A stretch of DNA of 64,000 nt from Acidimicrobiales bacterium (GTDB taxonomy: Bacteria > Actinomycetota > Acidimicrobiia > Acidimicrobiales > Aldehydirespiratoraceae), in contig JAJCXY010000126.1 of assembly GCA_029263215.1 (NCBI GenBank), positions 15,114 through 79,113 of the forward strand, written 5' to 3'. The translations under genes were made by a program, and so were the position numbers. The first letter of the stretch is position 1; every line of letters begins with the position of its first letter. The notes under the pieces were generated by a model. That model was not told where the DNA came from. It made no database searches and saw only the letters and a list, made by a program, of their open reading frames with translations. Shown here in pieces: positions 20,011-30,855 of the stretch.

Positions 20011-21312
20011 TCAGGCGAACAAGACAGCGTTGGCGACGTACCAGGTGGTGGGCAGCACGAACAGCAGGCCGTCGAATCGATCGAGCAGACCGCCATGGCC
20101 GGGGAGAATCGACCCCATGTCCTTGACCCCGAGATCACGTTTCATGAGCGACTCGGCGAGATCACCGATCGGGGCCGCTACCGCCACTGCGATCCCGAGG
20201 AGCAGCATGTCGCCGAACCCACCACCGGAATCCGACAGCGCAAAAGGAGCCGGCTGCTCGAGAACGGCCATGAGGACAGCGGCGCCCACGGCGGCTCCCA
20301 TGCCACCGAGCAGGCCCTCGACGGTCTTGTTGGGGCTTGCAGTCGACAACGGCGTGCGGCCGATCGTGCGGCCGACGGCGAGACCACCGACGTCGTAGGC
20401 AACGGTGAGAAGGATCGCGGCGGTGAGCAACCCGGTGCCGTGGGTGTCGATGGAGAGCATCAGGGCCGCGAACGAGCCCAGTAGGCCGATGTGGACGATG
20501 CCCAACATCGTGGAGCCGAGACCCCGCATCACACCGTCGGTGCTCACGCCCATCAGGTACCAGAGCGCGCCGAACACGACCGACAGCACGATCACAAGGG
20601 TCATGGCGGCCTCGCCCCGCCAGTAGACGGCGAGCGGCATCGTGACGACTGCGGTGAGCCCGAGGAGCACAGCCGGCTGATGACCGGCGACTCGAACCGC
20701 GTTGTAGAACTCGACCGCGGCAAGGCCGAGAGCGATCGTGACCACTATCAGCGCGGCCACAGGACCCACCGACATGGCTGCGAGGATCAGGGCTGCGAGG
20801 CCCACCCCGACGACCACTGCCATGGGTAGATCACGGCCGGAACCAGAGCCTGCGGTTGCGCCGAGTTGGGCTGCGATCGATGGCTCGTCGGATGCCTCGA
20901 CCGGGGCACCGAGCCGAGACGGTTTGGCCTGATCATCGAAGGCGAAGAAGTCGTCGGCGATCTCGCTCTCCTCGCCGATCGTCGCTGGTGCGATCGGTGC
21001 CTGCTCGTCGTCGGCCCAACGAGGCGACGACGGAGCGTCGGACCACGCCGCGAGCTCATCGGGAGCAGCCTCGGCCAGGCTGGGTTCGGGAGTGGGGTCG
21101 AAGGTGACGGCGTCGGCGGTACCCCCGACCTTCGGAACGGTGCCGGTGGCCGGCTCACTCCAATGAGGTACGGCGTCGTCGTCGTCGTCGAACGACACAT
21201 CGTCGTCGCCGAAGACCGATCGGCCCGGCGCGGCGAAGTCGTCGTCGGGTACATCGCCGTCGACGACCTGGAAAGCCTCGAACTCGTTGTGGTCGTTTGA
21301 ATCGTCGGTCAC
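20011..21312 (-). CDS. cdsA: Phosphatidate cytidylyltransferase with long acidic N-terminal extension
   Basis: SPNKTVEG, GDLAESLMKRDLGVKD, PGHGGLLDRFD. Confidence 0.93.
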   Translation of the reverse strand: MTDDSNDHNEFEAFQVVDGDVPDDDFAAPGRSVFGDDDVSFDDDDDAVPHWSEPATGTVPKVGGTADAVTFDPTPEPSLAEAAPDELAAWSDAPSSPRWADDEQAPIAPATIGEESEIADDFFAFDDQAKPSRLGAPVEASDEPSIAAQLGATAGSGSGRDLPMAVVVGVGLAALILAAMSVGPVAALIVVTIALGLAAVEFYNAVRVAGHQPAVLLGLTAVVTMPLAVYWRGEAAMTLVIVLSVVFGALWYLMGVSTDGVMRGLGSTMLGIVHIGLLGSFAALMLSIDTHGTGLLTAAILLTVAYDVGGLAVGRTIGRTPLSTASPNKTVEGLLGGMGAAVGAAVLMAVLEQPAPFALSDSGGGFGDMLLLGIAVAVAAPIGDLAESLMKRDLGVKDMGSILPGHGGLLDRFDGLLFVLPTTWYVANAVLFA

Positions 21313-21341
21313 CGAAATGCCCCTTCTGTCGTTGCTCGAGG

Positions 21342-21911
21342 TCAGACCTCGAGCAACTCCTCTTCCTTTTGGGCCTGCGCAGCGTCAATCATGCCAATGA
21401 ACTCGTCCTTCAGGGTGTCGAGCTGATCCTCAGCTCTCTGAATGTCGTCCGACGAGACTCCCCCGTCGTCGGTCAGATCGTCAAGCTCCTTGCGAGCGGA
21501 GCGTCGAACGCCGTTGACCCGCTGCTTGGCTTCCTCGGCCATACCGCCGACCACTTTCACGAGATCGCGGCGCCTCTCCTCGGTGAGTGCGGGGAAACTG
21601 AGCCGGATGATGCGGCCGTCGTTGCTGGGTGTGAGCCCCATGTTGGCGTTGATTATCGAGCGCTCGATGGCTTCGAGATTAGCCATGTCGTGAGGAGTGA
21701 CGATCAGTTGGCGCGCCTCGGGCACCGCGAAGCTCGCCACCTCCTGGAGCCGCATCTCGACCCCGTAGGCCTCGATGGTGAGCTTCTCGAAAAGTGCAGA
21801 CGAGGCCCGACCGGTGCGGACGGTTGAAAAGTCGCGACGGGCGTGGCCCACCGCCCCATCCATCTTCTCGCTGGCCTCTTCGAGGACCAACTCGAGCAGT
21901 TCTTCGCTCAC
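21342..21911 (-). CDS. frr: Ribosome recycling factor
   Basis: VRTGRAS...[11 protein letters not shown]. Confidence 0.97.
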   Translation of the reverse strand: MSEELLELVLEEASEKMDGAVGHARRDFSTVRTGRASSALFEKLTIEAYGVEMRLQEVASFAVPEARQLIVTPHDMANLEAIERSIINANMGLTPSNDGRIIRLSFPALTEERRRDLVKVVGGMAEEAKQRVNGVRRSARKELDDLTDDGGVSSDDIQRAEDQLDTLKDEFIGMIDAAQAQKEEELLEV

Positions 21912-22675
21912 CCGGTAACCCCTTGGTCATCGACGAGCGTACCGACCGATTGGCCTCCGAGCAGGGATTGCAGGTTTCCCTCCCCCATCAGGTCGAAAAC
22001 CACGATGGGAAGGGAGTTGTCCATGCACAGTGAGATCGCGGTGGAGTCCATCACCTTGAGGCCCCGGTTGAGCACATCGAGATAGGAGACCCTTTCGAGC
22101 TTGGTGGCATCGGGGTCGAGTCGGGGGTCGGCGGTGTAGATGCCGTCGGTGCCGCCGTGGGTGCCCTTGAGCACCGCGTCGGCTTCGATCTCCACCGCCC
22201 TCAGCGAGGCTGCGGTGTCGGTGGTGAAGAAGGGATTGCCCGTGCCGCCGGCAAAGATGACTATGCGCCCCTTTTCCAGATGGCGGGTGGCGCGCCTGCG
22301 GATGTAGGGCTCGGCGATCTGAGCCATGTGGATAGCCGACTGGACCCGGGTCGGGGCACCCATCTGCTCGAGAGTGTCCTGAAGGGCCAGCCCGTTCATG
22401 ACCGTGGCCAGCATTCCCATGTAGTCGGCTTGGGCGGGGTCCATTCCCTCGCCCGCGCCCTCGATACCGCGCCAGATGTTGCCACCACCGACCACCACTG
22501 CGATGTCGATGTCGAACTGGGCCTTGGCCGCGACGATGTCTTCCGCGATGGAGCGGACCGTAGTGCCGTCGATGCCGAATTCGAGCGGCCCGGCGAACGC
22601 CTCGCCGGAGAGTTTCAACAAGACTCGATTCCATCGAGCAGGTGCGGTTCCCCGGGTGGCGTTGTCGTCGCTCAT
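21908..22675 (-). CDS. pyrH: Uridylate kinase
   Basis: [27 protein letters not shown]. Confidence 0.97.
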   Translation of the reverse strand: MSDDNATRGTAPARWNRVLLKLSGEAFAGPLEFGIDGTTVRSIAEDIVAAKAQFDIDIAVVVGGGNIWRGIEGAGEGMDPAQADYMGMLATVMNGLALQDTLEQMGAPTRVQSAIHMAQIAEPYIRRRATRHLEKGRIVIFAGGTGNPFFTTDTAASLRAVEIEADAVLKGTHGGTDGIYTADPRLDPDATKLERVSYLDVLNRGLKVMDSTAISLCMDNSLPIVVFDLMGEGNLQSLLGGQSVGTLVDDQGVTG

Positions 22676-22679
22676 GAGA

Positions 22680-23468
22680 TCAGGACCCGATCACAACCTG
22701 GAGGAACCGGACGATCGACCCGCCGCCGAGGCTGTCTCGCACCGCGGTCTTGTCGCCGTGGAGGCCCTGCTCGAGGAGGACCCGTTCACCGAACCAGCCT
22801 CGCATCCGGCCCTCGACGATCTTGTCCCAGGCCTGCTCGGGCTTGCCCTCGGCCTTGGTGATCTCCAGAAGCGACTCGCGCTCCTTGGCAATCTCGGCGT
22901 CGGGAATCTCGTCTGCCGACAAGTAGGTCGGCTTAGCGAACGCTATGTGCAGCGCCACCTGATGTAGATCGTCCTGGCCGACGCCGCTGCCTTCCACGAC
23001 CACCGCGATGACACCGCGGCCGTCCTGGACGTGCAGGTAGGTGTCGAGGAGGTTGCCCTCCGCCGCCTCGACCCGCTCGACCGCGCCGAGCGCGATGTTT
23101 TCCTTGATCTTGACCTGAAGGTCTTCAATCGAAGAGGTGTGAGCAGCCAGGGCATCGACACCATCAGCCAGCACTACGCGAGCGAGGGTGTCGGCCAAGG
23201 AGGTGACGGCTTCGTTCTTGGCGGAGAAGTCGGTCTCGGTCTTCACCTGCACGAAAGCCGCGACGTTTCCTTCTATCGCGAGGGCAATGGTGCCCTCGTC
23301 GTTGTCGCGGTCGCTGCGGGCCGCGGCCTTGGCCAGGCCCTTTTCTCTCAGCGACTGGGTGGCGGCTTCCATATCGCCGTCGCTGTCGGTGAGGGCTCGC
23401 TTGGCATCCATCATTCCGGCGCCGGTGGCGTCGCGTAACGCCTTGACGTCCTTCGCGGAAATAGACAT
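22680..23468 (-). CDS. tsf: Elongation factor Ts
   Basis: [20 protein letters not shown]. Confidence 0.97.
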   Translation of the reverse strand: MSISAKDVKALRDATGAGMMDAKRALTDSDGDMEAATQSLREKGLAKAAARSDRDNDEGTIALAIEGNVAAFVQVKTETDFSAKNEAVTSLADTLARVVLADGVDALAAHTSSIEDLQVKIKENIALGAVERVEAAEGNLLDTYLHVQDGRGVIAVVVEGSGVGQDDLHQVALHIAFAKPTYLSADEIPDAEIAKERESLLEITKAEGKPEQAWDKIVEGRMRGWFGERVLLEQGLHGDKTAVRDSLGGGSIVRFLQVVIGS

Positions 23469-23523
23469 TCGGTTCGTTCCTTGTTGAGTCTGGGAGAGAA
23501 TAGGTGTTTGTGAAGGTGTGGAC

Positions 23524-24522
23524 TCAGGCCTGCGGCGTGCCGGCATCGCCAGCGGCCGGCAGTGCATCGTCGTCGCTCTCTACGGCCTCAGCAGGAGCCT
23601 CCACCTCAGCGGCGGGAGCCTTCACGTCAGCGGCGGGAGCCTCAGCAGGAGCCTCGACCTCAGCAGCAGGAGTTTCGACCTCAGCGGGCGGGTCGTCCTT
23701 GGCTGCGGCGACGCGAGCCTCACGCTCGGCGGCTTCGGCTGCAGCCGCGGCACGGGCCTGGGCCTGTTGCTCGGCCACTTCGGCTTCTTGAAGGGCGTTG
23801 CGCTGGGCGCCGTCGCCTGACTTCTCGGCCTTCTTGGAACGGATGAAGCGGCCCTCGAGCACGGCGTCGCTGATCACGCGGCTCATGAGCTCGCCGGCGC
23901 GGATCGCGTCGTCGTTGCCCGGGATCGCGTAGTCGACGAGGTCGGGATCACAGTTGGTGTCGACCACGGCCACGATCGGGATACCGATCTTGCGGGCTTC
24001 GGTGACCGCGATGTGCTCCTTCTTGGTGTCGAGCACGAAGATCGCTTCGGGAAGCTTCTGCATGTCACGGATGCCACCCAGGTTGCGCTCGAGCTTCACG
24101 AGCTCACGTCCGATGAGGAGGGCTTCCTTCTTCGGCATGGCCTCGAACTCGCCCGAGTCGCGCATGCGGCGGTAGTCCTGCATCTTGCTCACGCGCTTGG
24201 AGATGGTCTGGAAGTTGGTGAGCATGCCACCGAGCCAGCGCTCGTTGATATAGGGCATGTTGCAACGTTCGGCATAGGACTGGATGGAGTCCTGGGCCTG
24301 CTTCTTGGTGCCGATGAACAGCACCGTGCCGCCGTTGGCGACGAGATCTCGCACGAAGACGTAGGACGCTTCGAGATGGTTGAGCGTCTGGTGGAGATCC
24401 ACGATGTGGATGCCCGAGCGCTCGCCGTGGATGAACCGCTTCATCTTGGGGTTCCAGCGACGAGTCTGATGGCCGAAATGGACGCCGGCCTCCAGCAGCT
24501 GCTTCATGGAAATTACTGCCAT
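23524..24522 (-). CDS. rpsB: 30S ribosomal protein S2 with Ala/Glu-rich repetitive C-tail
   Basis: [27 protein letters not shown]. Confidence 0.98.
   Translation of the reverse strand: MAVISMKQLLEAGVHFGHQTRRWNPKMKRFIHGERSGIHIVDLHQTLNHLEASYVFVRDLVANGGTVLFIGTKKQAQDSIQSYAERCNMPYINERWLGGMLTNFQTISKRVSKMQDYRRMRDSGEFEAMPKKEALLIGRELVKLERNLGGIRDMQKLPEAIFVLDTKKEHIAVTEARKIGIPIVAVVDTNCDPDLVDYAIPGNDDAIRAGELMSRVISDAVLEGRFIRSKKAEKSGDGAQRNALQEAEVAEQQAQARAAAAAEAAEREARVAAAKDDPPAEVETPAAEVEAPAEAPAADVKAPAAEVEAPAEAVESDDDALPAAGDAGTPQA
23587..23688 (-). repeat. Imperfect tandem repeats encoding PAAEVEA units in the S2 tail
   Basis: Repeated CCTCAGCRGSRGGAGCC units on the + strand. Confidence 0.75.
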
Positions 24523-24640
24523 GGTGTTCTCCCGGTTGTGACAGCTCGCACGGGACGCATGAGCGACCGGGTGTGGCGCGAGCCGAATTCGATCCGCCGC
24601 CACCCGATTGGTGGCGAGAGGGGCCCGATTTCGGACCGTT
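24523..24640 (-). promoter_or_regulatory. Structured rpsB 5' leader (candidate S2 autoregulatory RNA)
   Basis: TACACT -10 near 24645-24650; hairpins CGCCACC/GGTGGCG and a CCCGGT...ACCGGG-closed domain next to the Shine-Dalgarno. Confidence 0.5.
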
Positions 24641-24693
24641 GAGGAGTGTATCGGGGCCCGCAGCGGCGTCCTCGCGCCGACGGGTCGGTCTGG

Positions 24694-26346
24694 TCAACTC
24701 ACCGCATCCACAGCGGCCACCATCCCCGACGCGACGTGCTCGCTGTATTCGATCGAACGAGGCACCACCACGTCGAGCATCCGTCCGACTGCACCTTCAC
24801 AAGCCGGCGGTAGCCCGGCGAGAGCAAGTTCAACTTCACGATTCGTCTCGGCCCAACCCACGATGTCGCCATGGGCGCCGACCGGGTTGGACCCTCCGAC
24901 CACCACATGGTTGGCCCCGGGCGCCCATGCATCGGTGGCCGGCACGATGACATCGGCGCGAGCTCCGATGGTTACGGCGTGGACCTCTGGCGGGAACCCG
25001 ACCCCAGCGGTATCGCCGGCGAACCCTGTCTTCGATACGTCCTCGCCCACCGGAGCCACCAAGATGTGATCCGGCCAGGTGGTCTCGAGCATCCCTCCCA
25101 CGAATTGGCCGGGGGTGGTGAGTTCGATCACCTCTATCAGTTCCGCCGATGCGGCCCCCTGGTGAGGGGCAGAGAACGTGACCGCGGTGTCGACAGGCAC
25201 TTCTGATAGATCGATCTCTGCGATCGAATGGCGAACGAGGAGCCCACCCAGGCTGTGGCCGAATACATCGATGATGACCCCGGGGTTTGCTCCAGCCACC
25301 TGCTCGAGGGTCGCCACCAGCTCGAGGATCGCCGCTTCCACATCGCCGCGAGTGGCGCCGGGACGGTAGTGCGAGGCTGGGATCGATGCCGCCCACCCGT
25401 CGCCCGCGGGAGGAACGATCCCACCCGAATAGCTGAATCGAACGACATCACCCGCTTCGTAGCCGTGGGCGCTCAGATCGAGCTGAGCCATGGCGCCGGC
25501 GTCGGCCGACGAGGAATCGAGCCCGTCCACCACCACCGCAATACGACGCTCGGGCGGGCTGGCGACCCGTACCCCGCCGGGGGTACAGGGAGGCGGATGA
25601 AGGGCTACCCACAGACCTACGGTGAGATCGGCGAGAAGGGCTCGCCGATCCACTTCGGCGGCAAGGGTCGCAAGGGTCTCGGCCAGGTGGACCAACTCGG
25701 TGAGCCGGGCCTGAGGGTCGAGCATCGCCCATGGGCCGTATGGGAAACCGGCGACGATCTTGACCGCGGCGGTGATGTTGCCCCACAGGCCAACTCCGGA
25801 ATAACCCTGCCACAGCTCGAGAAGGCGGAGGCGTTCAGACCTCTCGGCGAGGTCGAGGAATCTCCCGAACGACTCGGGATCGTCGTGGGGCACGAGGGCC
25901 ACCGTCAGCACAGGGCTCCCGAAGAGGTCTGCAGGATCGACATAGCGGCCGTGGAGCCGAGTTCCGAAGTGGAGCGGCCCTCCGGTGGTTGCGATCCTTG
26001 CGCCGGCATCGACACGGTCGCCCCTCGCCACCAGGATCTGGTCGACGAACGAGTAGCTGCTCCGCAGGCCGCCGCCGTGGTCGACGGTGATGTGGAGATT
26101 GCCGGCCACCGGTCCCGCGAAGATCACTACGCCCGGAGCGGCTGCCGACACCGGGGCGCCCGCAGGTGTGTCGTACTCGATGCCGCGATTGCCGGCCCCG
26201 TAGGGGCCGTCGGGCAGGCGAAAGGGATCGAGGATCGGTGCATCGCTGGGAGGTCTCAGTACGAGCTCGGCGGCGAGGGAGGGTGCAGGAACACAGATCG
26301 CCCCGAACGCGGTGAAGACGATCAGAAGGCTTACAAAGCGGCTCAT
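24694..26346 (-). CDS. Secreted fusion: degenerate M23/LytM domain plus alpha/beta-hydrolase (lipase-like)
   Basis: Signal peptide; M23-like region NRGIEY...VDHGGGLRSSY...PLHFG...VDP; C-terminal GHSLGG, SAPHQG, DVIVP, GAHG. Confidence 0.8.
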   Translation of the reverse strand: MSRFVSLLIVFTAFGAICVPAPSLAAELVLRPPSDAPILDPFRLPDGPYGAGNRGIEYDTPAGAPVSAAAPGVVIFAGPVAGNLHITVDHGGGLRSSYSFVDQILVARGDRVDAGARIATTGGPLHFGTRLHGRYVDPADLFGSPVLTVALVPHDDPESFGRFLDLAERSERLRLLELWQGYSGVGLWGNITAAVKIVAGFPYGPWAMLDPQARLTELVHLAETLATLAAEVDRRALLADLTVGLWVALHPPPCTPGGVRVASPPERRIAVVVDGLDSSSADAGAMAQLDLSAHGYEAGDVVRFSYSGGIVPPAGDGWAASIPASHYRPGATRGDVEAAILELVATLEQVAGANPGVIIDVFGHSLGGLLVRHSIAEIDLSEVPVDTAVTFSAPHQGAASAELIEVIELTTPGQFVGGMLETTWPDHILVAPVGEDVSKTGFAGDTAGVGFPPEVHAVTIGARADVIVPATDAWAPGANHVVVGGSNPVGAHGDIVGWAETNREVELALAGLPPACEGAVGRMLDVVVPRSIEYSEHVASGMVAAVDAVS

Positions 26347-26423
26347 GGGTACCCCGGTTCACGATGTGATTACGCGGGGAAGACGATGTGCTGGCGGGGG
26401 GGGCGACCACTGATCGCCCGGAG

Positions 26424-27200
26424 CTAGGCGGGTTCGCGTTCGGCCGCGCTTATGCGCGAGCGCAACTGAAGGACTGCCTTGGTGTGGATCTGACAGACCC
26501 GACTCTCGGTGACGCCGAGAACCCGTCCGATCTCAGCGAGGGTGAGCCCCTCGTAGTAGTAGAGGGTGAGCACGATCTTCTCGCGCTCGGGCATCCGATT
26601 GATCGACTCGGCGAGGATCTGGCGCATCTCTTCGACTTCGTAGACGCCCATGGGACCGTCGTGGCTGTCGGCGACGGTATCGCCGAGTGTGACCGACTCT
26701 CCGCGCTCTCCGCCCGACAGCATCTCGTCGAGGGCGGCGACCCCCACGAAGGAGATCTGGCTCAGGGTGGTGTGGAGCTGCTTCTCCGTCACCCCCATCT
26801 CCTCGGCGACCTCACGATCAGTGGGTGATCGATGGTTTTCCGACTCGAGCTTGAGCATCGCCCGTTCCAGTGTTCGTGCCTTGGAACGAACCGATCTCGG
26901 TACCCAATCGATCGACCTGAGTTCGTCGAGGATCGCCCCCTTGATGCGGGCAATGGCGTAGGTCTCGAACTTGTAGCCCCGTTCCGGATCGAACTTCTCG
27001 ATCGCGTCGATCAAGCCGAACACCCCGAAGCTGACGAGATCGGACTGCTCGACGTTGCGAGGTAGGCCGACGCCGACTCGACCGGCCACATACTTGACCA
27101 GGGGCGAGTACTGGATGATCAGCTTGTCGCGAAGCTCCCGGGCGCGCGTCTTCTTGTAATCGTCCCAGAGTTCTCGGGTCTCGTCGGCTTGGTCCGTCAC
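26424..27200 (-). CDS. whiG: RNA polymerase sigma-28 factor (FliA/WhiG family)
   Basis: [28 protein letters not shown]; [17 protein letters not shown]. Confidence 0.93.
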   Translation of the reverse strand: MTDQADETRELWDDYKKTRARELRDKLIIQYSPLVKYVAGRVGVGLPRNVEQSDLVSFGVFGLIDAIEKFDPERGYKFETYAIARIKGAILDELRSIDWVPRSVRSKARTLERAMLKLESENHRSPTDREVAEEMGVTEKQLHTTLSQISFVGVAALDEMLSGGERGESVTLGDTVADSHDGPMGVYEVEEMRQILAESINRMPEREKIVLTLYYYEGLTLAEIGRVLGVTESRVCQIHTKAVLQLRSRISAAEREPA

Positions 27201-27212
27201 GTTGAGCGGTTC

Positions 27213-28091
27213 CTAACCGCGGGGGTGGGTAGTTCGGTGGACATCGCGCATTCGTTCACGACTGACGCGTGTATAGATCTGGGTGGTGGAGAGATCGGCG
27301 TGGCCCAACATCTCCTGTACAGCACGCAAATCGGCACCTCCGTCCAAAAGATGAGTGGCAAATGTATGTCGAAGTGCGTGTGGGTGGGTGGGACTGGGCG
27401 AACGACGGTCGATCAGGCGCCTCACATCGCGTGGTGAAAGCGCTCGCCCTCTGCGGTTGAGGAACACTACTTCCGACGGGGACTCGTCGGTGGCGAGCCG
27501 GCTGCGCCCGCCGGCGAGCCACTTGGTGACCGCTTCTGCGGCCGGTTCGGAGAGGGGCACGCGGCGCTGCTTGGAACCCTTCCCCCACACGGTGATCGTG
27601 GTGCCGTCGTGGGCGATGTCGGATGTTCGCAGCCCACACAGCTCGCTGACCCTCAACCCGCTGCCGTAAAGCAATTCCACCACAGCTCGGTCGCGCTGGT
27701 CGATCACAGGATTCGATTCGACTCGTGCCGCGCCCTCGATCAGGGCGTCGAGTTCGTCGGCGGTGAGGACCTTCGGCAGGGTTGCGGCACCGCGCGGAGC
27801 GGTGAGGGCTGCGCTCGGATCGGTGACGACCCGCTCGGTTCGTCGAGCCCAGTCGAAGTAGCGACGCAGCACCGAAGCCTTGCGGGCCGTGGTGCGGCGC
27901 GCGTAGCCGGCTTGATCGAGATGGGCGAGATAGCGGCGGAGATGTCGCCGGGATACCTCGTCGGGCGAACCAACGCCCTCCTCGGCCAGCCATTCGACCG
28001 CGGCACCGAGGTCTCGGGCATAGACCGCACGAGTCGAGTCGGCAACCCGCGTGAGCGAGTCGAGCCACAACGGCAAGTCCCAAGCAGCCAC
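27213..28091 (-). CDS. xerC: Tyrosine recombinase XerC-like
   Basis: LYGSGLRVSE, GKGSKQR, HALRHTFATHLLDGGADLRAVQEMLGH, IYT. TAGGGT -10 lies 6 nt before the GTG. Confidence 0.92.
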   Translation of the reverse strand: MAAWDLPLWLDSLTRVADSTRAVYARDLGAAVEWLAEEGVGSPDEVSRRHLRRYLAHLDQAGYARRTTARKASVLRRYFDWARRTERVVTDPSAALTAPRGAATLPKVLTADELDALIEGAARVESNPVIDQRDRAVVELLYGSGLRVSELCGLRTSDIAHDGTTITVWGKGSKQRRVPLSEPAAEAVTKWLAGGRSRLATDESPSEVVFLNRRGRALSPRDVRRLIDRRSPSPTHPHALRHTFATHLLDGGADLRAVQEMLGHADLSTTQIYTRVSRERMRDVHRTTHPRG

Positions 28092-28169
28092 AAGACAACC
28101 CTATCCACTCACTCGCGGTGTTGTGACCACCACCCTTCGTGCACCACGGGGGGTGGTTTCGCCCCCGAT

Positions 28170-29267
28170 TCATGCTCGCCTCACCCGTGCACCGTCGGCC
28201 ACGATGTGCCCCCGGCCGAGGAGGATCTCGACTTGGGCGAACACCGCCCCCGCACTGAGTCCGCACCGAGCCGCGATCTCGTCGATCGCGGTGGGTCCAT
28301 CGTCTATCGCGGCCAGCACCGTTGCCGCCTCGCCAACGGGAAGTGGAGCGCCACCGGTGCGACGAGCTGCCCGGTCGATGGTGGAGAGGCCCAGCGCCAT
28401 GAGAACGTCGTCGGCCGATCGTGCCGGCGCGCAGCCGTCGACCAGGAGTTGATTGGCGCCGTCGGCCGCGGGGTTGCGAACCGAACCCGGCACCGCCATC
28501 ACATCGACTCCGCGGCGGATCGCCTGTTCGACGGTGAGCAGCGAGCCCCCTGCGACCCGCGATTCCACCACGACGACAAGGTCGGCAAGGGCTGCGATGA
28601 GACGATTGCGGGCCGGAAATCGCCAAGCTGCGGGCTTCGCTCCGAGCGGGGCCTCGGTGCACAGGCAACCGGCCTCACCGACCCGTTGCCACAAGCCCCG
28701 ATGACGGCGCGGGTAGACGATGTCGGGGCCGCTGCCGACCACCGCCATCGGTGGTGCGGCGGCAGCCTCGAGTGCCCCCTCGTGGGCGGCGCCATCGACA
28801 CCGATCGCCAGTCCGCTGACCACCACAACCCCAGCCGCAGCGAGCTCTCGGCCGAGCTGGCGAGCCGTCTCCAGGCCTGCTCCGCTGCACCGCCGGGTGC
28901 CGACGATCGCCACCCGAGGCAGGTGGAGCGGGGGTGGGTCGCCTATCCGGAACAGAACGGGCGCGGGATCGATGTCGGTGGTGAGAGCCGACGGATGACC
29001 TTCGTCGTGCCAGCACGTGACTTTCACCCCCAGCTCCTCGAGGTCGATGCCGATAGCGGACAGATCGACCTGGCGTGCCGCTGCCGCCCAGTTTCGCCTG
29101 ATCGACTCATCGGCAACCTCGGCCCCCACCCTTCCAGCGATCACCCGATCGAAGGCCTCACCTACATCGTGGTGACGCAGCAGGCGACCCAGTCGACGGA
29201 TACTCATCGATTCGAGCTGCGCCAGGGCCGTGAGCCGGGCGCCGTCGAGGGCAGGCGGTTCAGCCAC
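28170..29267 (-). CDS. dprA: DNA-processing protein DprA/Smf
   Basis: VAIVGTR, VVSGLAIGVDGAAH, FPARNRLIA. Confidence 0.95.
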   Translation of the reverse strand: MAEPPALDGARLTALAQLESMSIRRLGRLLRHHDVGEAFDRVIAGRVGAEVADESIRRNWAAAARQVDLSAIGIDLEELGVKVTCWHDEGHPSALTTDIDPAPVLFRIGDPPPLHLPRVAIVGTRRCSGAGLETARQLGRELAAAGVVVVSGLAIGVDGAAHEGALEAAAAPPMAVVGSGPDIVYPRRHRGLWQRVGEAGCLCTEAPLGAKPAAWRFPARNRLIAALADLVVVVESRVAGGSLLTVEQAIRRGVDVMAVPGSVRNPAADGANQLLVDGCAPARSADDVLMALGLSTIDRAARRTGGAPLPVGEAATVLAAIDDGPTAIDEIAARCGLSAGAVFAQVEILLGRGHIVADGARVRRA

Positions 29268-30768
29268 GGTCGCCTCCCATCGGGGGACGGGCCCTCATGC
29301 CCAAGGCAGTGGCGATGTCGGCAAGGCGAAGACCGGGCTCACCGTCGTCGAGATCGCGAATCGTTCGAGCCACGCACCTCACCCGCCTCAGCCCCCGGGC
29401 GCTCAAGCGTCCCGCGGCCAGGGCCCCCGCCACCAGTTCGCGAGCTTCGTCGTCAAGCGATGCGTACTCATCGAGCCGGGCGCCCTCGAGGTCGGCGTTG
29501 CATCTAACCCCTCGCTGCTGAGACCTCATCCGTACGGCCATCACCCGCTCGGCCACCGCCGCCGAGCACTCTCCGGGCGCAATGTCGAGCAGGGCGGTAG
29601 GTGAAGGTCGGTCGACGTGGACCATCAGATCCAGCCGGTCGAGCAAGGGACCAGAGACGCGCCGTGAGTAGCGCACGCGGGCGGAAGGCGGACACCGACA
29701 ACCAATGTCGCCACCGGCACCACACGGACATGGGTTCATCGCCGCCACGAGGATGACGCGAGCGGGCTGCTGGTGGGTTCCGCCACTTCGGGCAACACGC
29801 ACGACCCCTTCTTCGAGGGGTTGGCGCAGGGCATCCAGAACACTAGGCGCGAACTCCCCCAGCTCATCGAGAAAAAGCACGCCGCCCGACGCGGCGCTGA
29901 TCTCTCCGGGGCGGGCCCGGCCGGTGCCGCCGCCCACCAGGGCGGCCATCGACGCGCTGTGGTGGGGGGCTCTGAACGGAGGCCTGGTGACGAGACCCGA
30001 AGGCGGGAGCGGGAGTCCCGCTGCACTGTGCACACGAGTGACCTCGAGCGCCTCGACTCGGTCGAGATCCGGTAACAGGCCACCGAGTCGGCGTGCCAGC
30101 ATGGTCTTGCCGGCGCCGGGAGGACCCACCAGCAAGATGTGGTGGCCACCGGCCGCCGCTATCTCGAGTGCGCTGCGCGCCGTTGCCTGGCCCTTCACAT
30201 CGCAGAGGTCGGGCACAGCCACGACCGGATCGGGTGTGGGATCAACGTCGACATCGGGCCACGGCCATCCCTCGCCGAGCACCGACGTGACGTCGCGGAG
30301 GTGGCGCACAGGCCTGACCCTGGACCCGGCGATGAGGCTCGCAACGCGGGCATCGGCGGCCGGCACCACAATCCGAAGAGCCTTGACCGCATCGACCATC
30401 GGAAGGGCTCCCGGGACGCTGCGCACCGTGCCATCGAGACCGAGTTCGCCGAAGGCCCCGAGATCATCGAGGCACGATTCGGGCAGCTGGCCCGATGCAC
30501 ACAACAGCCCGAGCGCGATCGGGAGATCGAGACCCGCACCGATCTTCGGCACGTCGCCAGGAGCGAGGTTCACCGTGATCCGGCGCAGAGGCCAGTCGAG
30601 ATCGGTGGAGACGATCGCAGCCCGCACTCGATCGCGCGCTTCGCGACATGAGGTGTCGGGCAAGCCGACGATGGTGAAGCTCGGCAACCCATCGGCTACG
30701 TGAACCTCGACCGAGACCGAGCGGCCCTCGATGCCGGTGAGAGTGGACGATGGAACGGTTGCAAGCAT
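29260..30768 (-). CDS. comM: ComM/YifB Mg-chelatase-like AAA ATPase
   Basis: IVGLPD...EARDRVRAA, GPPGAGKT, FRAPHHS, FLDE, AMNPCPCG. Confidence 0.94.
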   Translation of the reverse strand: MLATVPSSTLTGIEGRSVSVEVHVADGLPSFTIVGLPDTSCREARDRVRAAIVSTDLDWPLRRITVNLAPGDVPKIGAGLDLPIALGLLCASGQLPESCLDDLGAFGELGLDGTVRSVPGALPMVDAVKALRIVVPAADARVASLIAGSRVRPVRHLRDVTSVLGEGWPWPDVDVDPTPDPVVAVPDLCDVKGQATARSALEIAAAGGHHILLVGPPGAGKTMLARRLGGLLPDLDRVEALEVTRVHSAAGLPLPPSGLVTRPPFRAPHHSASMAALVGGGTGRARPGEISAASGGVLFLDELGEFAPSVLDALRQPLEEGVVRVARSGGTHQQPARVILVAAMNPCPCGAGGDIGCRCPPSARVRYSRRVSGPLLDRLDLMVHVDRPSPTALLDIAPGECSAAVAERVMAVRMRSQQRGVRCNADLEGARLDEYASLDDEARELVAGALAAGRLSARGLRRVRCVARTIRDLDDGEPGLRLADIATALGMRARPPMGGDRG

Positions 30769-30833
30769 GGCGACCTCCGACAACTGAAGTGTGGAGGCCG
30801 CCGTTTGATGCGCCGACGACGAGCGCTGAGAGC

Positions 30834-30855
30834 ACCCTAGGTCAGGGTTGTGACA
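30834..30855 (-). promoter_or_regulatory. PafBC/RecA-NDp-type promoter for comM-dprA
   Basis: Minus strand TGTCAC-aaccctgacc-TAGGGT (spacer exactly 10). Confidence 0.75.

Noticed and set aside
27213-28091. Tyrosine recombinase as a prophage or island integrase
   Set aside because: Size, motifs and position after comM-dprA match the housekeeping XerC; no att repeats or cargo genes seen.
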